Of a stretch of DNA of 64,000 bases, positions 19,840-30,529 are shown piece by piece (position 1 is the first letter of the stretch; the number at the start of each line of letters is the position of its first letter). The stretch lies in assembly GCA_038889075.1 (NCBI GenBank), contig JAWAHS010000007.1:11387-75386 (forward strand), read 5' to 3'. The notes under the pieces are model-generated. The model made no database searches. It was not told the origin of the DNA and saw only the letters and a program-made list of their open reading frames with translations. The position numbers were made by a program, and so were the translations under genes. Source of the DNA: Ignisphaera sp. Its GTDB lineage: Archaea > Thermoproteota > Thermoprotei_A > Sulfolobales > Ignisphaeraceae.

Positions 19840-20461
19840 TATGTATCAATATATTAAACTTTACCGATATGAATAGAACCATAGTGTGGTAATCAAATTC
19901 TTCTGGGCACCACTATATAGCTAAGTATTTAAAGCGGGCTTCCCCCACACCACTGCTCTATCTAGCATATAATTCAGTACCTATTCGAGGTTTAGGTATG
20001 CCTCTGAGTTTCTAGATACTCTGTTTTATTTGGCCTGACTTCTCTAAATGCTTTTCTTCTTAGCTTTCACATGTATCACCATGTTTCTCAAGCCCCTTGT
20101 AGCAACTCCATGTTTCATACACTAAACCGCCTTACTGTATCACGCTAATAGCTACAGCTATACCTCTGAAGACCTGTAGCCAGGCATTAAGAATGATACA
20201 GCTCCGCCAATTAACGCTATAATAGCTGTATCGACTAATATAAGTATAATGCCGATAGAATTTAACACGGATGCTGTAGTAGTTTTCCGCCGTACTTCAA
20301 CCCCACCTCCATTATCTACTTAGAGTATCTAAGTTTATTTATGGTATAAGGGTTGAATGGTTGGTTTTTTGTATTGTTTAAAGTAGATTGGTTACAGCTT
20401 AAGAGCTTAAATAAAGTTTAAATTATTAAGCTGTTTAAGATGATCGTAGTTAGCTGGAGAA

Positions 20462-21259
20462 TTGGTTGTAGGCATTGTTCAAGCTTATTTCAACAAATCA
20501 CCCACGGATAATCTAGCTAAAGCTAGCTCTATTATTATGAAGAGGTTTAGAGAAGCTGATATCGTTATTCTACCTGAGTACAGCATGGTAAACCCTTTTA
20601 TTTTTCTGGATTCAGCTGAAGTCTACGGGTTATCCGAGGATATATCCTCTAGCAGGTATTTAATATATTTAGAGAAAATAGCCTCGAAACTCAACACCAT
20701 AATAGTTGCACACTTTATAGAGAGAACAAATATCCCACCTCTAACTAAAAATACATCAGTTCTTGTATCGGCAAACAAAAATATACCTGTTTACAGTAAA
20801 ATGCATCTTTTTGATGTGTACAGCTACAGAGAATCCGATTTCTTCAAATCAAGTGCTGCTCCGGGAGACAGTTACTATAAAAATTTTAAACTTAGTTTCA
20901 CAATATGCTATGATCTTCGTTTCCCAGAGCTGTTTCGGTTCTACGCAGCTAAAGGAACTGATACAGTAATTGTTCAAGCAGGATGGGTTAAAGGGCCCCT
21001 TAAAGAGGAAATACTAGATGTACTAGCTTCAGCTAGAGCACATGAAAGCACGGTATGCATTGTTTTAGCGAATCAAACCGGGGATATGTTTACCGGTAGA
21101 AGCGGGGTATTTAACCCCTGGGGTTATAAGGAGTTGGATATGGATTTTGATGAGAGGTACGCTGAGTATACGCTAAACATAGAAGAAGTTGAGAAAGCAA
21201 GATCGGCTCTCCCTGTAGTGCATCAAGCGGTTGAAAGGTGGGAGGTGAAAATAAGATAG
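20462..21259 (+). CDS. Carbon-nitrogen hydrolase (nitrilase/Nit family)
   Basis: Catalytic triad motifs LPEY, YSKMHLFD and ICYDLRFPE. Confidence 0.93.
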   Translation: MVVGIVQAYFNKSPTDNLAKASSIIMKRFREADIVILPEYSMVNPFIFLDSAEVYGLSEDISSSRYLIYLEKIASKLNTIIVAHFIERTNIPPLTKNTSVLVSANKNIPVYSKMHLFDVYSYRESDFFKSSAAPGDSYYKNFKLSFTICYDLRFPELFRFYAAKGTDTVIVQAGWVKGPLKEEILDVLASARAHESTVCIVLANQTGDMFTGRSGVFNPWGYKELDMDFDERYAEYTLNIEEVEKARSALPVVHQAVERWEVKIR

Positions 21260-21514
21260 CTTAAACCTTCAAAAGGTAAATATGATTGCTCAACTATCTC
21301 ACCAATACAAAGACTACCTCTTCTGAAGGCTTACACCTGTAAATACCTTTAAATCTCAGGAATTTTTGTAGAGCGATTACTAGTGTAAGTATAGATGCTA
21401 ATGCCTCCCCAATAACACCCAACACGAACTGTTCTGGGTTTCATATCTGTTTGTAGTGGCTGTTAGAGGTGGAGATGCTCATAGGCGCCCCTATGTGTTG
21501 GTGTGTGGAGGCTA

Positions 21515-21668
21515 TCCGGTGTGGGAGTGGGACCCTGTAGAGTGTGCTCCCCCGAGGTGCCCCTAAACACCCCCAAGGGCGATGCAGATCCAAGACCGAT
21601 GCAGAGGAAAAGAGATGAGGCGATGAAAACATCCCACATAAACCAGCATAGGAGCCGAATCCCCAACT
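21515..21668 (+). mobile_element. tnpB 3' end / omega-RNA-like remnant (type A)
   Basis: GC-rich, reads as a TnpB-like tail (RGAPKHPQGDADPRPMQRKRDEAMK) and aligns with 58090-58206. Confidence 0.65.
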
Positions 21669-22012
21669 CACTTCTCTAGCCACCCCCACCTATGTGCAGT
21701 AGCCCCAGTGGGGTAGGAGTAGAGGCATCTGTTTACATGTAGATTGGTTTCCGCTACAATTCTTCTAGGGAACCCAAACACCCTAATACCCGATCCTCAT
21801 CTACAGTACCCTCTAAACAGAAAGGGCCTACCACTCCTAGAGGTAGACTCCTCCTACAGCGAGTTTAACCCATACTCTAGGATTTTAGGTAGAGGACTCC
21901 CCTACTACAAAGTGGTGTATTCCCGACGACAGCGGGGATAGACTCTAAATCTAGTTCAGCGGCAGTATTTGGCGGTAGTCTCTGCAGCCCGTCAACCTTC
22001 TGGGGTATGGGT

Positions 22013-23098
22013 CTATGTATTGGCTAAATACTTCTGTAGCTGCTCAATGTACTTATATCCATGGTCGGGGAACACCAGTATATAGTCACCTTCATCAAGT
22101 TCGCCACTCTCCACAAGCTTTCTATAGCCTGTATAGACAGCACCGCTACTCAGTCCCACAAATATACCCTCTCTTCTAACCATATATAGAACAGACTGTA
22201 GCGCTTCCTCAGGTGAGGCCTCCACTATACCATCTATATCAGCGTAGTGTAGCCACTTCATACCAGACTCAATACGCCTTATACCCTGTATAGCAGTTCC
22301 TTCCTTAGGTACCACACCATAGATTCTGACACCCCTGAACCTACTCTTAAAGTATATCGCTATAGCCGATAGGTGGCCGGAAGTCCCTAGACCACCCACT
22401 ATAGCTTTAGGGAATATGCCAGCTTCTCTAATTTGCAGCTCTAGTTCTTTTGCTGTATACCTAAGGTGTACGGCAAAGTTGGCATCGTTGTAGAACTGAT
22501 TGAGGTGTACAGCACCCTCTCTTTTAGCAACATCTTCAACATCATCTATAAGCTCTATCGTAAGTGGCTTAGAGGACCTTACAACCTCAACACCAAATAT
22601 CTTCAGTAGATGTTCTCCCGATTGTGAAACTGTAGATGGTATATATGCCCTAAGCCTTGAGTTGTACATGTTTGCCATGGCAGCTATCGCCAACCCTGTG
22701 TTTGTTGAAGTTGATTCAACTAGGAATCCGAGCTCCCTCCTACCATAGGTTTCAATAGCCCTTCTATACATATACCACCCAATTCTATCCTTAACACTCA
22801 TACTCCATGGATTAAACCCCTCCAGTTTAGCCCAAACAATTCTATTCCTTATAGAAGCCCTACTAAGCCTCACTAGCGGTGTTGGCCAATTCCTATACAG
22901 AAGCTCCTCAGTATCCCTAAAGACTCTATATGTGCTTGGCTGTATATCTTCAAAGAAGCCTAGAACCTCTAGAGGTACAAATATTTTCTCCACATCGAGA
23001 GACACCGGAACCCTCCTAACACCAAGTCTTTTAAGTACCTGAAGAAGCTTACAGCCCTCAACAACCCTACCCCCACTAACAGCTACGGTCCTATCCAC
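22013..23098 (-). CDS. PLP-dependent cysteine synthase (CysM/O-phosphoserine sulfhydrylase-like) with a degenerate N-terminal ParB-like domain
   Basis: PTPLV, KLEGFNPWSMSVKDR, STSTNTG, NQFYN, GLGTSG and FPDHGYKY. The frame stays open upstream to 23239. Confidence 0.9.
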   Translation of the reverse strand: MDRTVAVSGGRVVEGCKLLQVLKRLGVRRVPVSLDVEKIFVPLEVLGFFEDIQPSTYRVFRDTEELLYRNWPTPLVRLSRASIRNRIVWAKLEGFNPWSMSVKDRIGWYMYRRAIETYGRRELGFLVESTSTNTGLAIAAMANMYNSRLRAYIPSTVSQSGEHLLKIFGVEVVRSSKPLTIELIDDVEDVAKREGAVHLNQFYNDANFAVHLRYTAKELELQIREAGIFPKAIVGGLGTSGHLSAIAIYFKSRFRGVRIYGVVPKEGTAIQGIRRIESGMKWLHYADIDGIVEASPEEALQSVLYMVRREGIFVGLSSGAVYTGYRKLVESGELDEGDYILVFPDHGYKYIEQLQKYLANT

Positions 23099-23317
23099 AC
23101 CCCCTTTACCTAAAACCTCCTTAGCTAAGCTAATGAATTCTGAAGTACTAACCTCCTCCTCACAGTACAGATTCTCGATATCCTGAAGATGCAGATAACG
23201 ACCACCTTCGCTAGCTAGCTGCAGACAGCATTTAAGTTTTTATCTTATAACCCACAATATGCAGAGCGGTACTGTCTGTATTGAGAGGCATAGATATTAG
23301 GTAAAAGTATGGGTTTA

Positions 23318-23456
23318 CCGTTTCCCGTCCTAGGTCTCCGTAGTTTTCCTGGGGTGGGCCATCACGGTTTCCCTGAGCCCCCTCCCCACGGTCTGCCGTG
23401 GGTCTCGGAAACCCAGGGTCACCAAGATGTTTATTGAGCTTCAGATGTTTATAAGC
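23318..23456 (-). mobile_element. Miniature IS200/IS605-derived element / structured ncRNA with TATA box (type B)
   Basis: CTTATAAA-N29-CCCTGGGT, a nested hairpin CCCACGG-CAGA-CCGTGGG, and a 3' stem ending in AAACGG. Confidence 0.6.
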
Positions 23457-23853
23457 CTTGCCCACACCTAATCGCATTAAAAGCTTTGAAAACCCTAGAG
23501 AAACCTACCGAAACCTATAGACAAGAAACAGCTTCCTAATCCTTACATCTCCAGCCTATAGAGTGATGCATACATAATTGCAATAGGGGTGTTGATAACC
23601 TATAGAAGCCAGGTTTCTATAGGCTATCTAGGGGTGGTGAATTTAGAGATAGCCCCATATCGCCAGAGGTGTATCTTTATCCATCCGAGCAAATAGTTTC
23701 AATCATATCGCCAAATTACAGCTATACACAATTTTACCGCCAGACCTGCGATATATGACTCATCCACCGACCTATCCATATCCTCTCAATTTTGGTGCCA
23801 TACTATCGCTACAGGCTTTGCACTGATCAGTCCTCTTACCCCTTATACAGGTA

Positions 23854-24099
23854 TTGCCTGCAGCGGTATGCAGGCTACAGCAAAAAGCGCCCAGTAGGGC
23901 TATCTTAATCGCTCTATCTATAGCTGTTCAGGATGTGCCGGAGGGTTTGGCTGTTGCGCTACCTGTATACATGGTGAGTAGAAGTGGTGTAAAGGGCTTT
24001 TCAATAGGTGTTGTAAGTGCAGCTGTAGAGTACATATCATCATTCATAGCGCTAATAGGGGTTGTAGAGGTGCTATCTTCAGCTAGACTAGATCTGTAA
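23854..24099 (+). pseudogene. ZIP/ZupT metal transporter fragment
   Basis: IAVQDVPEGLAVALP corresponds to the ZIP TM4-5 signature, but only 81 aa remain. Confidence 0.7.
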
Positions 24100-24574
24100 A
24101 CCGCTGGATACCAGCCAATACGTGGTGTAACAAGATATGGTATAGTCTAGACTTTCTGGATGTGTAGCCAAAAAGAGTTCACCAAGCAGCCAGCCATAGA
24201 TAGGTATAAAAGAAGATAAAGTTTACAGCTAAATTTTCTTACTTACAATTAGTACCACAACAAGAAAAATACTAACCTTAACAACTAGCGTAGAGACTGC
24301 AATATAGCCCGGTAAAACACTATGGATTCCTAGACCAGCAAAACATGACGCAGTAAGGAAAAGAGGCTGCAGTCTATCAAGTAAAAAGCCCTCTGATACC
24401 AATCCCCAACTCCACCAATCTCCAAGGAACTCCCTCATCAAAAAACATTCACTACCCTCTACACAAGGATAACCCTGATTCACAGCTCTACCCGGTCTAT
24501 CTACATAGAGAATTCTACGCCTTGATTTATCTACATTCATAATGGTTTAGTATGCATGGTTGTCTTTCCCCTAT

Positions 24575-26170
24575 TCATCTATGTATGTAGTAGGCATATA
24601 CTCTTGTAGCTTCATGATTTCCAACATTATCTATTGCCAGTATATAGAACTCGATCTTTCTAGATTCTTCAGATACTTTGATTCTTATATTGTATGGAAG
24701 TGGTGTTTCTCCAAAGCCGTAACCCCCTATGGGCTCCATAACATATCTTATCGAAATATACATGGGTTGGTAACTCCAGTTTAGTCCATTAAAACTATAG
24801 ACGAGGTAGACTCCACGGAGACCACTTTCTCTATCGTAAACTGATGCATTTATTAAAAGTTCTCCATCATCTAATCCAGCATTTACACTATATATAACAG
24901 GCTTGCTAAGGTCTATGAATTTGTATAGTGTGGTTGGATCTACAACATATATCTCGCCATAGGCTGCACTAACTCTAGGTATCCAAATCTCTTCTTCAAG
25001 TTTGAATTCATAAAGCTTAAAGAGTCCTCTCCATAAGAAGTACAATTTACTGTACTTATTGGGGTATAGAACTGGCAGAATCACAACATCATTTGATGTT
25101 AGGGGTCTTCCACCATATTCGTTATCTTCTATAGTGAAGTTCCCTAAAATATTTCCATTGAGATCAAGTTTAAAGAGATTTAGCGGTTTCTCTCCTAAAC
25201 CTCTAACAGCGTATATGTATTGATCATCAACTGCGGCATATGGGTTGGTATTAATGTCTCCCGATACCCCCAGGAATCTTCTCCACAACAATGTTCCATT
25301 CCAAGAGATGGCCAAAATACTACCTATAGAGTCGGAGAGTACAACCCTATCCTTCTTATATATAGGGGTGCCCAGGGTGCTGCTGTGTTCAAAAATCCAT
25401 AGAATTTCTCCTGTTTTTGGATTTAGAGCATAAAGTTTTGTTGATGGTTCTGAAGTTACATAGAGAACATCATGTCCATAGGTTAAACCTCTAACATTTG
25501 CCCCAACTTTACTACGCCACTGAAGAACACCATCTTCTGTTATACAGAAAACATATCCCTCATCTCTAACGCTTCCAACAAAAATTCTTCCTCCAACAAC
25601 TATAAGATTTGATGTTACTGAAACTTTAGATGATGCATTGATTTCAGATTCAAGCTTAATTTTCCAAACAACTTCACCACTATCTTTATTGAAGGCAATG
25701 AGATAGGCATCATCTTCAGGTGTTGAAGAGGTTCCAACATAGAGGTACTTCCCTATTCCATAAGCTTCAACAAATCTCCATAGGCCCAAGGCTCTCCATC
25801 TAGATACTGGTTGAGGATATGATACAGCTCTTCCTTCAATGCTATCAGAGTAGATCTCAACACCCCATACCAAGCTTCCATCTTCCCTATTAAGGGCATA
25901 AACACCCTGATGATCTGCTAAGAAGATTTTGTCTCTTTCCACAAGAGCCTCAGCCAATACCCCACCAATATTGGCTGAAATACTGATCTTGAAGGCCAGT
26001 TCTGGAACCCTAGGCAAACTAGAAGCATAATACATGTCGGCCTCCTCGTCGCCTTTCTCCATAACCCATGGAAGTTTTTGTGGATAGAATTCCGCTGGAA
26101 CCTTTTCAGGTTCCTTAGATGGAGCTATTTCCTCTAAACTTACTCTTTTCATAAAATGGGTAGCATACAT
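24575..26170 (-). CDS. PQQ-like (BamB-type) beta-propeller surface protein
   Basis: Repeated YALNxxxGxxxW blades plus a C-terminal Ig-like AIDNVGN segment. The frame extends upstream (to about 26236) with a hydrophobic signal/anchor. Confidence 0.85.
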   Translation of the reverse strand: MYATHFMKRVSLEEIAPSKEPEKVPAEFYPQKLPWVMEKGDEEADMYYASSLPRVPELAFKISISANIGGVLAEALVERDKIFLADHQGVYALNREDGSLVWGVEIYSDSIEGRAVSYPQPVSRWRALGLWRFVEAYGIGKYLYVGTSSTPEDDAYLIAFNKDSGEVVWKIKLESEINASSKVSVTSNLIVVGGRIFVGSVRDEGYVFCITEDGVLQWRSKVGANVRGLTYGHDVLYVTSEPSTKLYALNPKTGEILWIFEHSSTLGTPIYKKDRVVLSDSIGSILAISWNGTLLWRRFLGVSGDINTNPYAAVDDQYIYAVRGLGEKPLNLFKLDLNGNILGNFTIEDNEYGGRPLTSNDVVILPVLYPNKYSKLYFLWRGLFKLYEFKLEEEIWIPRVSAAYGEIYVVDPTTLYKFIDLSKPVIYSVNAGLDDGELLINASVYDRESGLRGVYLVYSFNGLNWSYQPMYISIRYVMEPIGGYGFGETPLPYNIRIKVSEESRKIEFYILAIDNVGNHEATRVYAYYIHR

Positions 26171-26246
26171 GGCAAAAACTGATAAAGAAATTATGAAAAA
26201 AGCTATTAAAACAAAAACTATTTTCTGTTTAACGATCCACCACCAT

Positions 26247-27434
26247 TTAAGCTCCTTGGTATAATACCTCTATTTCTGTATAGGTTTTTGCTGAGATTGT
26301 TAGCTGAAGTGTTGCCCCTTCTTTAATGCAGAAGAAGGTTTTTCCTTCTTCTACGGACTGCTCCATCATAATTTGCCAATTATTTGATGTTAGATAGTTT
26401 ATATACCACGACGCTACACTGTCTACACTATCGTAAGTTCCATAGGTTATTGTTATCGTTTTCACTCCGCTAATCACCATCGAGGAATACTTAAGCATTA
26501 TAGAACCGGGATATCTCTCAATCGGTTCTATTCCAGACACAAGATCTTTAGAAGGAAGCCTATATGAACCATAGTGGATAGATATTAAGGTGTATCTTCT
26601 TTCGCTTGTAGGAGCATTAATTATAACTCCAACTTCATCTTGAGCTTTTAAGAGATGTAGACTTATTTTTTCTGAAGTTTTTCTCTCCTCCTTGATTGTC
26701 CATCCTCTGAGTTGAAGCTCGTTTTTATACCATTCTGCTACCGTATCAATATCAGCTGCTGTTCCATATTCTATCAATATAATTGTTGGAAATCCTTCAT
26801 CTCTACGGTATGAAAGCATTACAGAACCTGGGTACCTCTGAATAGGTTCTTCTCCACTAACCTGATCTGAATATGGTAATCCTTCAGAAGTTGGAGTAGT
26901 TGTGGTTTTCTCGCTAATTAATTTCTCGATATCACCTACGACTACACAATAGACTGCACCTTGTTTACCATCAACTTTTGTTGGAGTTCCACTCAAAGCC
27001 CAAATCCCAATCCCATCCCCATCTTTTTTAAATACTATTGCTCCCCACTCGATAGAACCTTCAGGTGTTGATATAGTGGTGATTCCGTATTCTGCAACGA
27101 CTTTATAACCAACTAGATTACTTTTATACCAATCCAGAATCTCTTTTGCAGTAACATCTCCAACGAAATAAACTTTAGTGACAACTCCTTCACTCGGTAT
27201 ATGCAATGCTTGATAGTAATAGTTAGCTAGGAAATGTTCTCTAGATCCGCTATAAACTAGAACACCCGCCATCGGAGTACTTGTTGGTGTAGTTATAGCT
27301 GTTGGTGTAGTTGTAACTAGAGTGGTAGTTGTAGGACTTGGGGAATATCTAGGGGATCCAGCAATGAACAAAACTGCAGCAGCAACAATACAGGCTATAA
27401 CTATCGTTATATATAGGTATTTTCGTGAAAACAT
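26247..27434 (-). CDS. Exported protein with a Thr/Pro linker and three ~100-aa repeats
   Basis: N-terminal TM, a PTTTT linker, and the repeats D(Q/L)VSG.EPI.RYPGS.ML...YGT...VA.WY...L...W. Confidence 0.8.
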   Translation of the reverse strand: MFSRKYLYITIVIACIVAAAVLFIAGSPRYSPSPTTTTLVTTTPTAITTPTSTPMAGVLVYSGSREHFLANYYYQALHIPSEGVVTKVYFVGDVTAKEILDWYKSNLVGYKVVAEYGITTISTPEGSIEWGAIVFKKDGDGIGIWALSGTPTKVDGKQGAVYCVVVGDIEKLISEKTTTTPTSEGLPYSDQVSGEEPIQRYPGSVMLSYRRDEGFPTIILIEYGTAADIDTVAEWYKNELQLRGWTIKEERKTSEKISLHLLKAQDEVGVIINAPTSERRYTLISIHYGSYRLPSKDLVSGIEPIERYPGSIMLKYSSMVISGVKTITITYGTYDSVDSVASWYINYLTSNNWQIMMEQSVEEGKTFFCIKEGATLQLTISAKTYTEIEVLYQGA

Positions 27435-28244
27435 GTATCACCATCTAGTAATTTGAGTTGGATATATTAAAATTGCTCTAAGAGATTTATAAATTTTTTG
27501 AGATCTGCATGAAGAATATGAATATGAATCGTTTATCTATCAATATAGTCAGGAACGTATTAATCTACTTAATACTTTTAGTATATTGCAAGACTGGTAC
27601 TGGAAGCAGCTCTAGTAGCTGCTGGATATATCTCTAAAAGATATTTACCAAATCTAATACAGAACTTTGGAGTTGTTTGATAGTGTTTAATAGACCTATT
27701 AGGATTTGGACCCTTGACCTGCTCTTTTTCAGTTTCTCTAAACTAGTAGTAAACAATTATCTTTAGAACTTTATTCAGTAAAAATAACTATCAACTCTTT
27801 ACCTAAAGCTTTACCTAAACCTAAAGTACTTACTTTCTTTAGCTTAATCAACTATAGGCGCTTTCCTTTAGATGATCCTAATATTACTCTAGAGTGGCAT
27901 AGGTGAGCTAGTTGGAATAGTCTTGGGGAGTCTGGCCATGGGGTATAGATTTACTATAGAGAGAATTGGGGATCCCGCAGAGAAAGGGTGGAGGGAAGAC
28001 CAGCATGATTGGTGGTGGATCCCAGGAAGTTTGCTTCATTAACCAGCTTACAGCTGGTTTAAGTTAGAATTGTTGCAGTAGGGTCTGGGAGACCATCTCT
28101 ATATCCTTATGCAGTTGGCCAGCCCGGGCTACACTAGATTACTGAAAGGTGTGAGGGAGTATGTAGGAGAACCTATTTTAGGTTAGGATATCTGGGTCCA
28201 GCTATACAGGGGGTATGGTGGTATCTCCGAATCGCTGTACAGCT

Positions 28245-29141
28245 CTATGGGTATAGGAGGTGGTCTATTCTAATAAATTTCTTTGGTATTTCAGCCCTTA
28301 CACCTTTTACAGGGTCTACAACCTGATTTACTCTGATATCAACTATTAAGCTTGAGAGCATGTATGCCTCCTCAAAGCCTGTGTTAAGAGCTCTTGAAAG
28401 TATAGAGACAGCTTCTTCAGAAGCTCTATAGACTGCCTCATCTAGATCTACCCCAAATGTAATTACAGCATATCTATCTGGGGTTTCAATTACTGGGTAC
28501 CGGGGCCTTCTCCCCTTTATCAAATCGAGCTTCACCTGAACCTCCCCAGAGACTTCAGCTGCAGCTACACAGAGTTCCCCATCAGCCTGAACCGCATGTA
28601 GGTCTCCTATAGCTAGAAGAGCACCTTCAACAAAGACCGGTAGGTAGACTCTGGCCCCAGCGGACAACAGCTTTACATCCATATTACCCCCATGGTATCC
28701 AGAGGTACCCGTAGGGATATCGCCATCCTCAGGTGCTACACCAATCACACCCACCATAGGCCTTACACCAATCTCCACACCGTTAAAGAGAAGCACACCA
28801 TTTCTAATCTCTACAATTTTAGCCCTAGATCTAAAGCTCTTATCATAGAGAGCACCAAAGCCGGGCACCACCAATATAACCCCACGGTCTGAGACCTCTA
28901 TAGACTCAATTTCAACAACAAGTGTATCACCTGGTTCAGCACCCTCTACGTATAGGGGGCCTGTAGCTGGATTGACCCTACTCCAGTCTATAGACTCCAG
29001 AGACACACCCTCATCAATAATCTGACCACCTAAAGCATCAAGAGTTTCAAAGACTATACGATCACCAGGTCTAGCCCTATATCTAGCAGTATACCTTCTA
29101 GAGAAGCTGTATATAATATAGTCCCTCGGAATTCTAATCAT
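28245..29141 (-). CDS. Acetamidase/formamidase family protein
   Basis: NPATGPLYVEGAEPGD, HGGNMD and GDLHAVQADGE. Probable start is ATG 29141. Confidence 0.93.
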   Translation of the reverse strand: MIRIPRDYIIYSFSRRYTARYRARPGDRIVFETLDALGGQIIDEGVSLESIDWSRVNPATGPLYVEGAEPGDTLVVEIESIEVSDRGVILVVPGFGALYDKSFRSRAKIVEIRNGVLLFNGVEIGVRPMVGVIGVAPEDGDIPTGTSGYHGGNMDVKLLSAGARVYLPVFVEGALLAIGDLHAVQADGELCVAAAEVSGEVQVKLDLIKGRRPRYPVIETPDRYAVITFGVDLDEAVYRASEEAVSILSRALNTGFEEAYMLSSLIVDIRVNQVVDPVKGVRAEIPKKFIRIDHLLYP

Positions 29142-29709
29142 TTCCACCAGCCTCAAAATAATGCTATAGAGAGCTGCACTTAAAAACCAATCAGGGGGAA
29201 GCCGCTTAGCGTAGTAGGCCTTACACAGCCCCAATACACCTTCCGAACAAATTGGAGAGGCTAGAGCTAGCCCACGAGGGCTCTGGATATAGAGATACAC
29301 CTAGGTGCAATAGTGTGCAGCCCGACCCCTCTACTAGAACTCTATTGTGATACTGTTTAGCCCACAGTAGATAGAGGAGCTGAAAATACTGTCCATCTAT
29401 AATGCTCTAGTGGAGGGAAATCAATTCTAAAGAGGCTAACAGCTAGAGTGTACATATATCGCTATAGAACTAGAATTCCATGGGGTCAGGGTCTAGCTAC
29501 AGCCATTGATAAGCTATTGATATAGGTAGTTAGGACGGGCTTTTACACTATTTAGCCTATGGAATTTCATAGCACTGCGGATTCTCCAGCAGTACTGAAT
29601 TTAAATACTATGTATAATTGGTTAGAAAAACAAAATATTCTATGAAGAGTTTTATTCATATGAGTAAAATTTATAAACCGGTTCTTATAGAGTATCTACT
29701 GGTGGTTGT

Positions 29710-30405
29710 ATGCCTGGGCAAATCCCTCTAATAGGTGAGAAGTTCCCTGAAATGACTGTAGTTACAACACATGGTCTTAAGAAGCTACCTGACGACTATG
29801 CTGGTAAGTGGCTTGTGTTATTCAGCCATCCAGCCGACTTTACACCTGTGTGCACCACTGAGTTTGTAGCATTTGCAAAGAGGTATGAGGACTTTAGAAA
29901 GCTTAATGTAGAGCTGCTGGGGCATAGTGTTGACAGCAGCTTTAGCCACATTAAGTGGCTTGAGTGGATTGAAAAGAATCTAGGGGTAAAGATACCATTT
30001 CCAGTTATTGCCGACCCTGGTGCTGAGGTGGCAAAGAAGCTTGGCTTTCTCCACGCTCAGAGTGCAACCCATACTGTTAGAGCAGTATTTATAGTGGATC
30101 CAAATGGCGTTATAAGGGTAGTGCTGTACTATCCACAGGAGCTTGGAAGAAATATCGATGAGATTTTAAGGATTATAGTAGGGCTTCAGGTTAGTGAAAA
30201 ACTAGCTGCAGCTATACCAGCCAACTGGCCAAATAATGAACTGGTGGGGGATAGAGTGATAGTACCTCCAGCAAGAACAGTTGATGAAGCAGCAGAGAGA
30301 GTTAAGAAGTATACATGCTATGACTGGTGGCTGTGCCACAAGGAGGGTATAGCGGAATGTGCTGAGATGGCTAGAGCTTTCCTAAAGAGGATAGCTGGAG
30401 TCTAG
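29710..30405 (+). CDS. Peroxiredoxin (archaeal Prx6/TPx type)
   Basis: [18 protein letters not shown] and CYDWWLC. Confidence 0.96.
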   Translation: MPGQIPLIGEKFPEMTVVTTHGLKKLPDDYAGKWLVLFSHPADFTPVCTTEFVAFAKRYEDFRKLNVELLGHSVDSSFSHIKWLEWIEKNLGVKIPFPVIADPGAEVAKKLGFLHAQSATHTVRAVFIVDPNGVIRVVLYYPQELGRNIDEILRIIVGLQVSEKLAAAIPANWPNNELVGDRVIVPPARTVDEAAERVKKYTCYDWWLCHKEGIAECAEMARAFLKRIAGV

Positions 30406-30529
30406 TCCAGATAGCCAAAGGCCTCTCCACCAAAAACAGCTTTTTTAACAACCTAGTATGGCTGTCTCTACTCTGCTTACTGTTCCTGACATCCATGCTG
30501 GTTGATCGGCTCTATGGTGTGTTTAGTCT

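Noticed and set aside
24229-24540. 103-aa ORF downstream of the beta-propeller gene
   Set aside because: No recognisable family, and it looks like a frameshifted membrane-protein remnant. Left uncalled.
27900-28240. GC-richer intergenic stretch with GGATCC inverted motifs
   Set aside because: No convincing fold, tRNA/sRNA boxes or protein motif could be established by eye.
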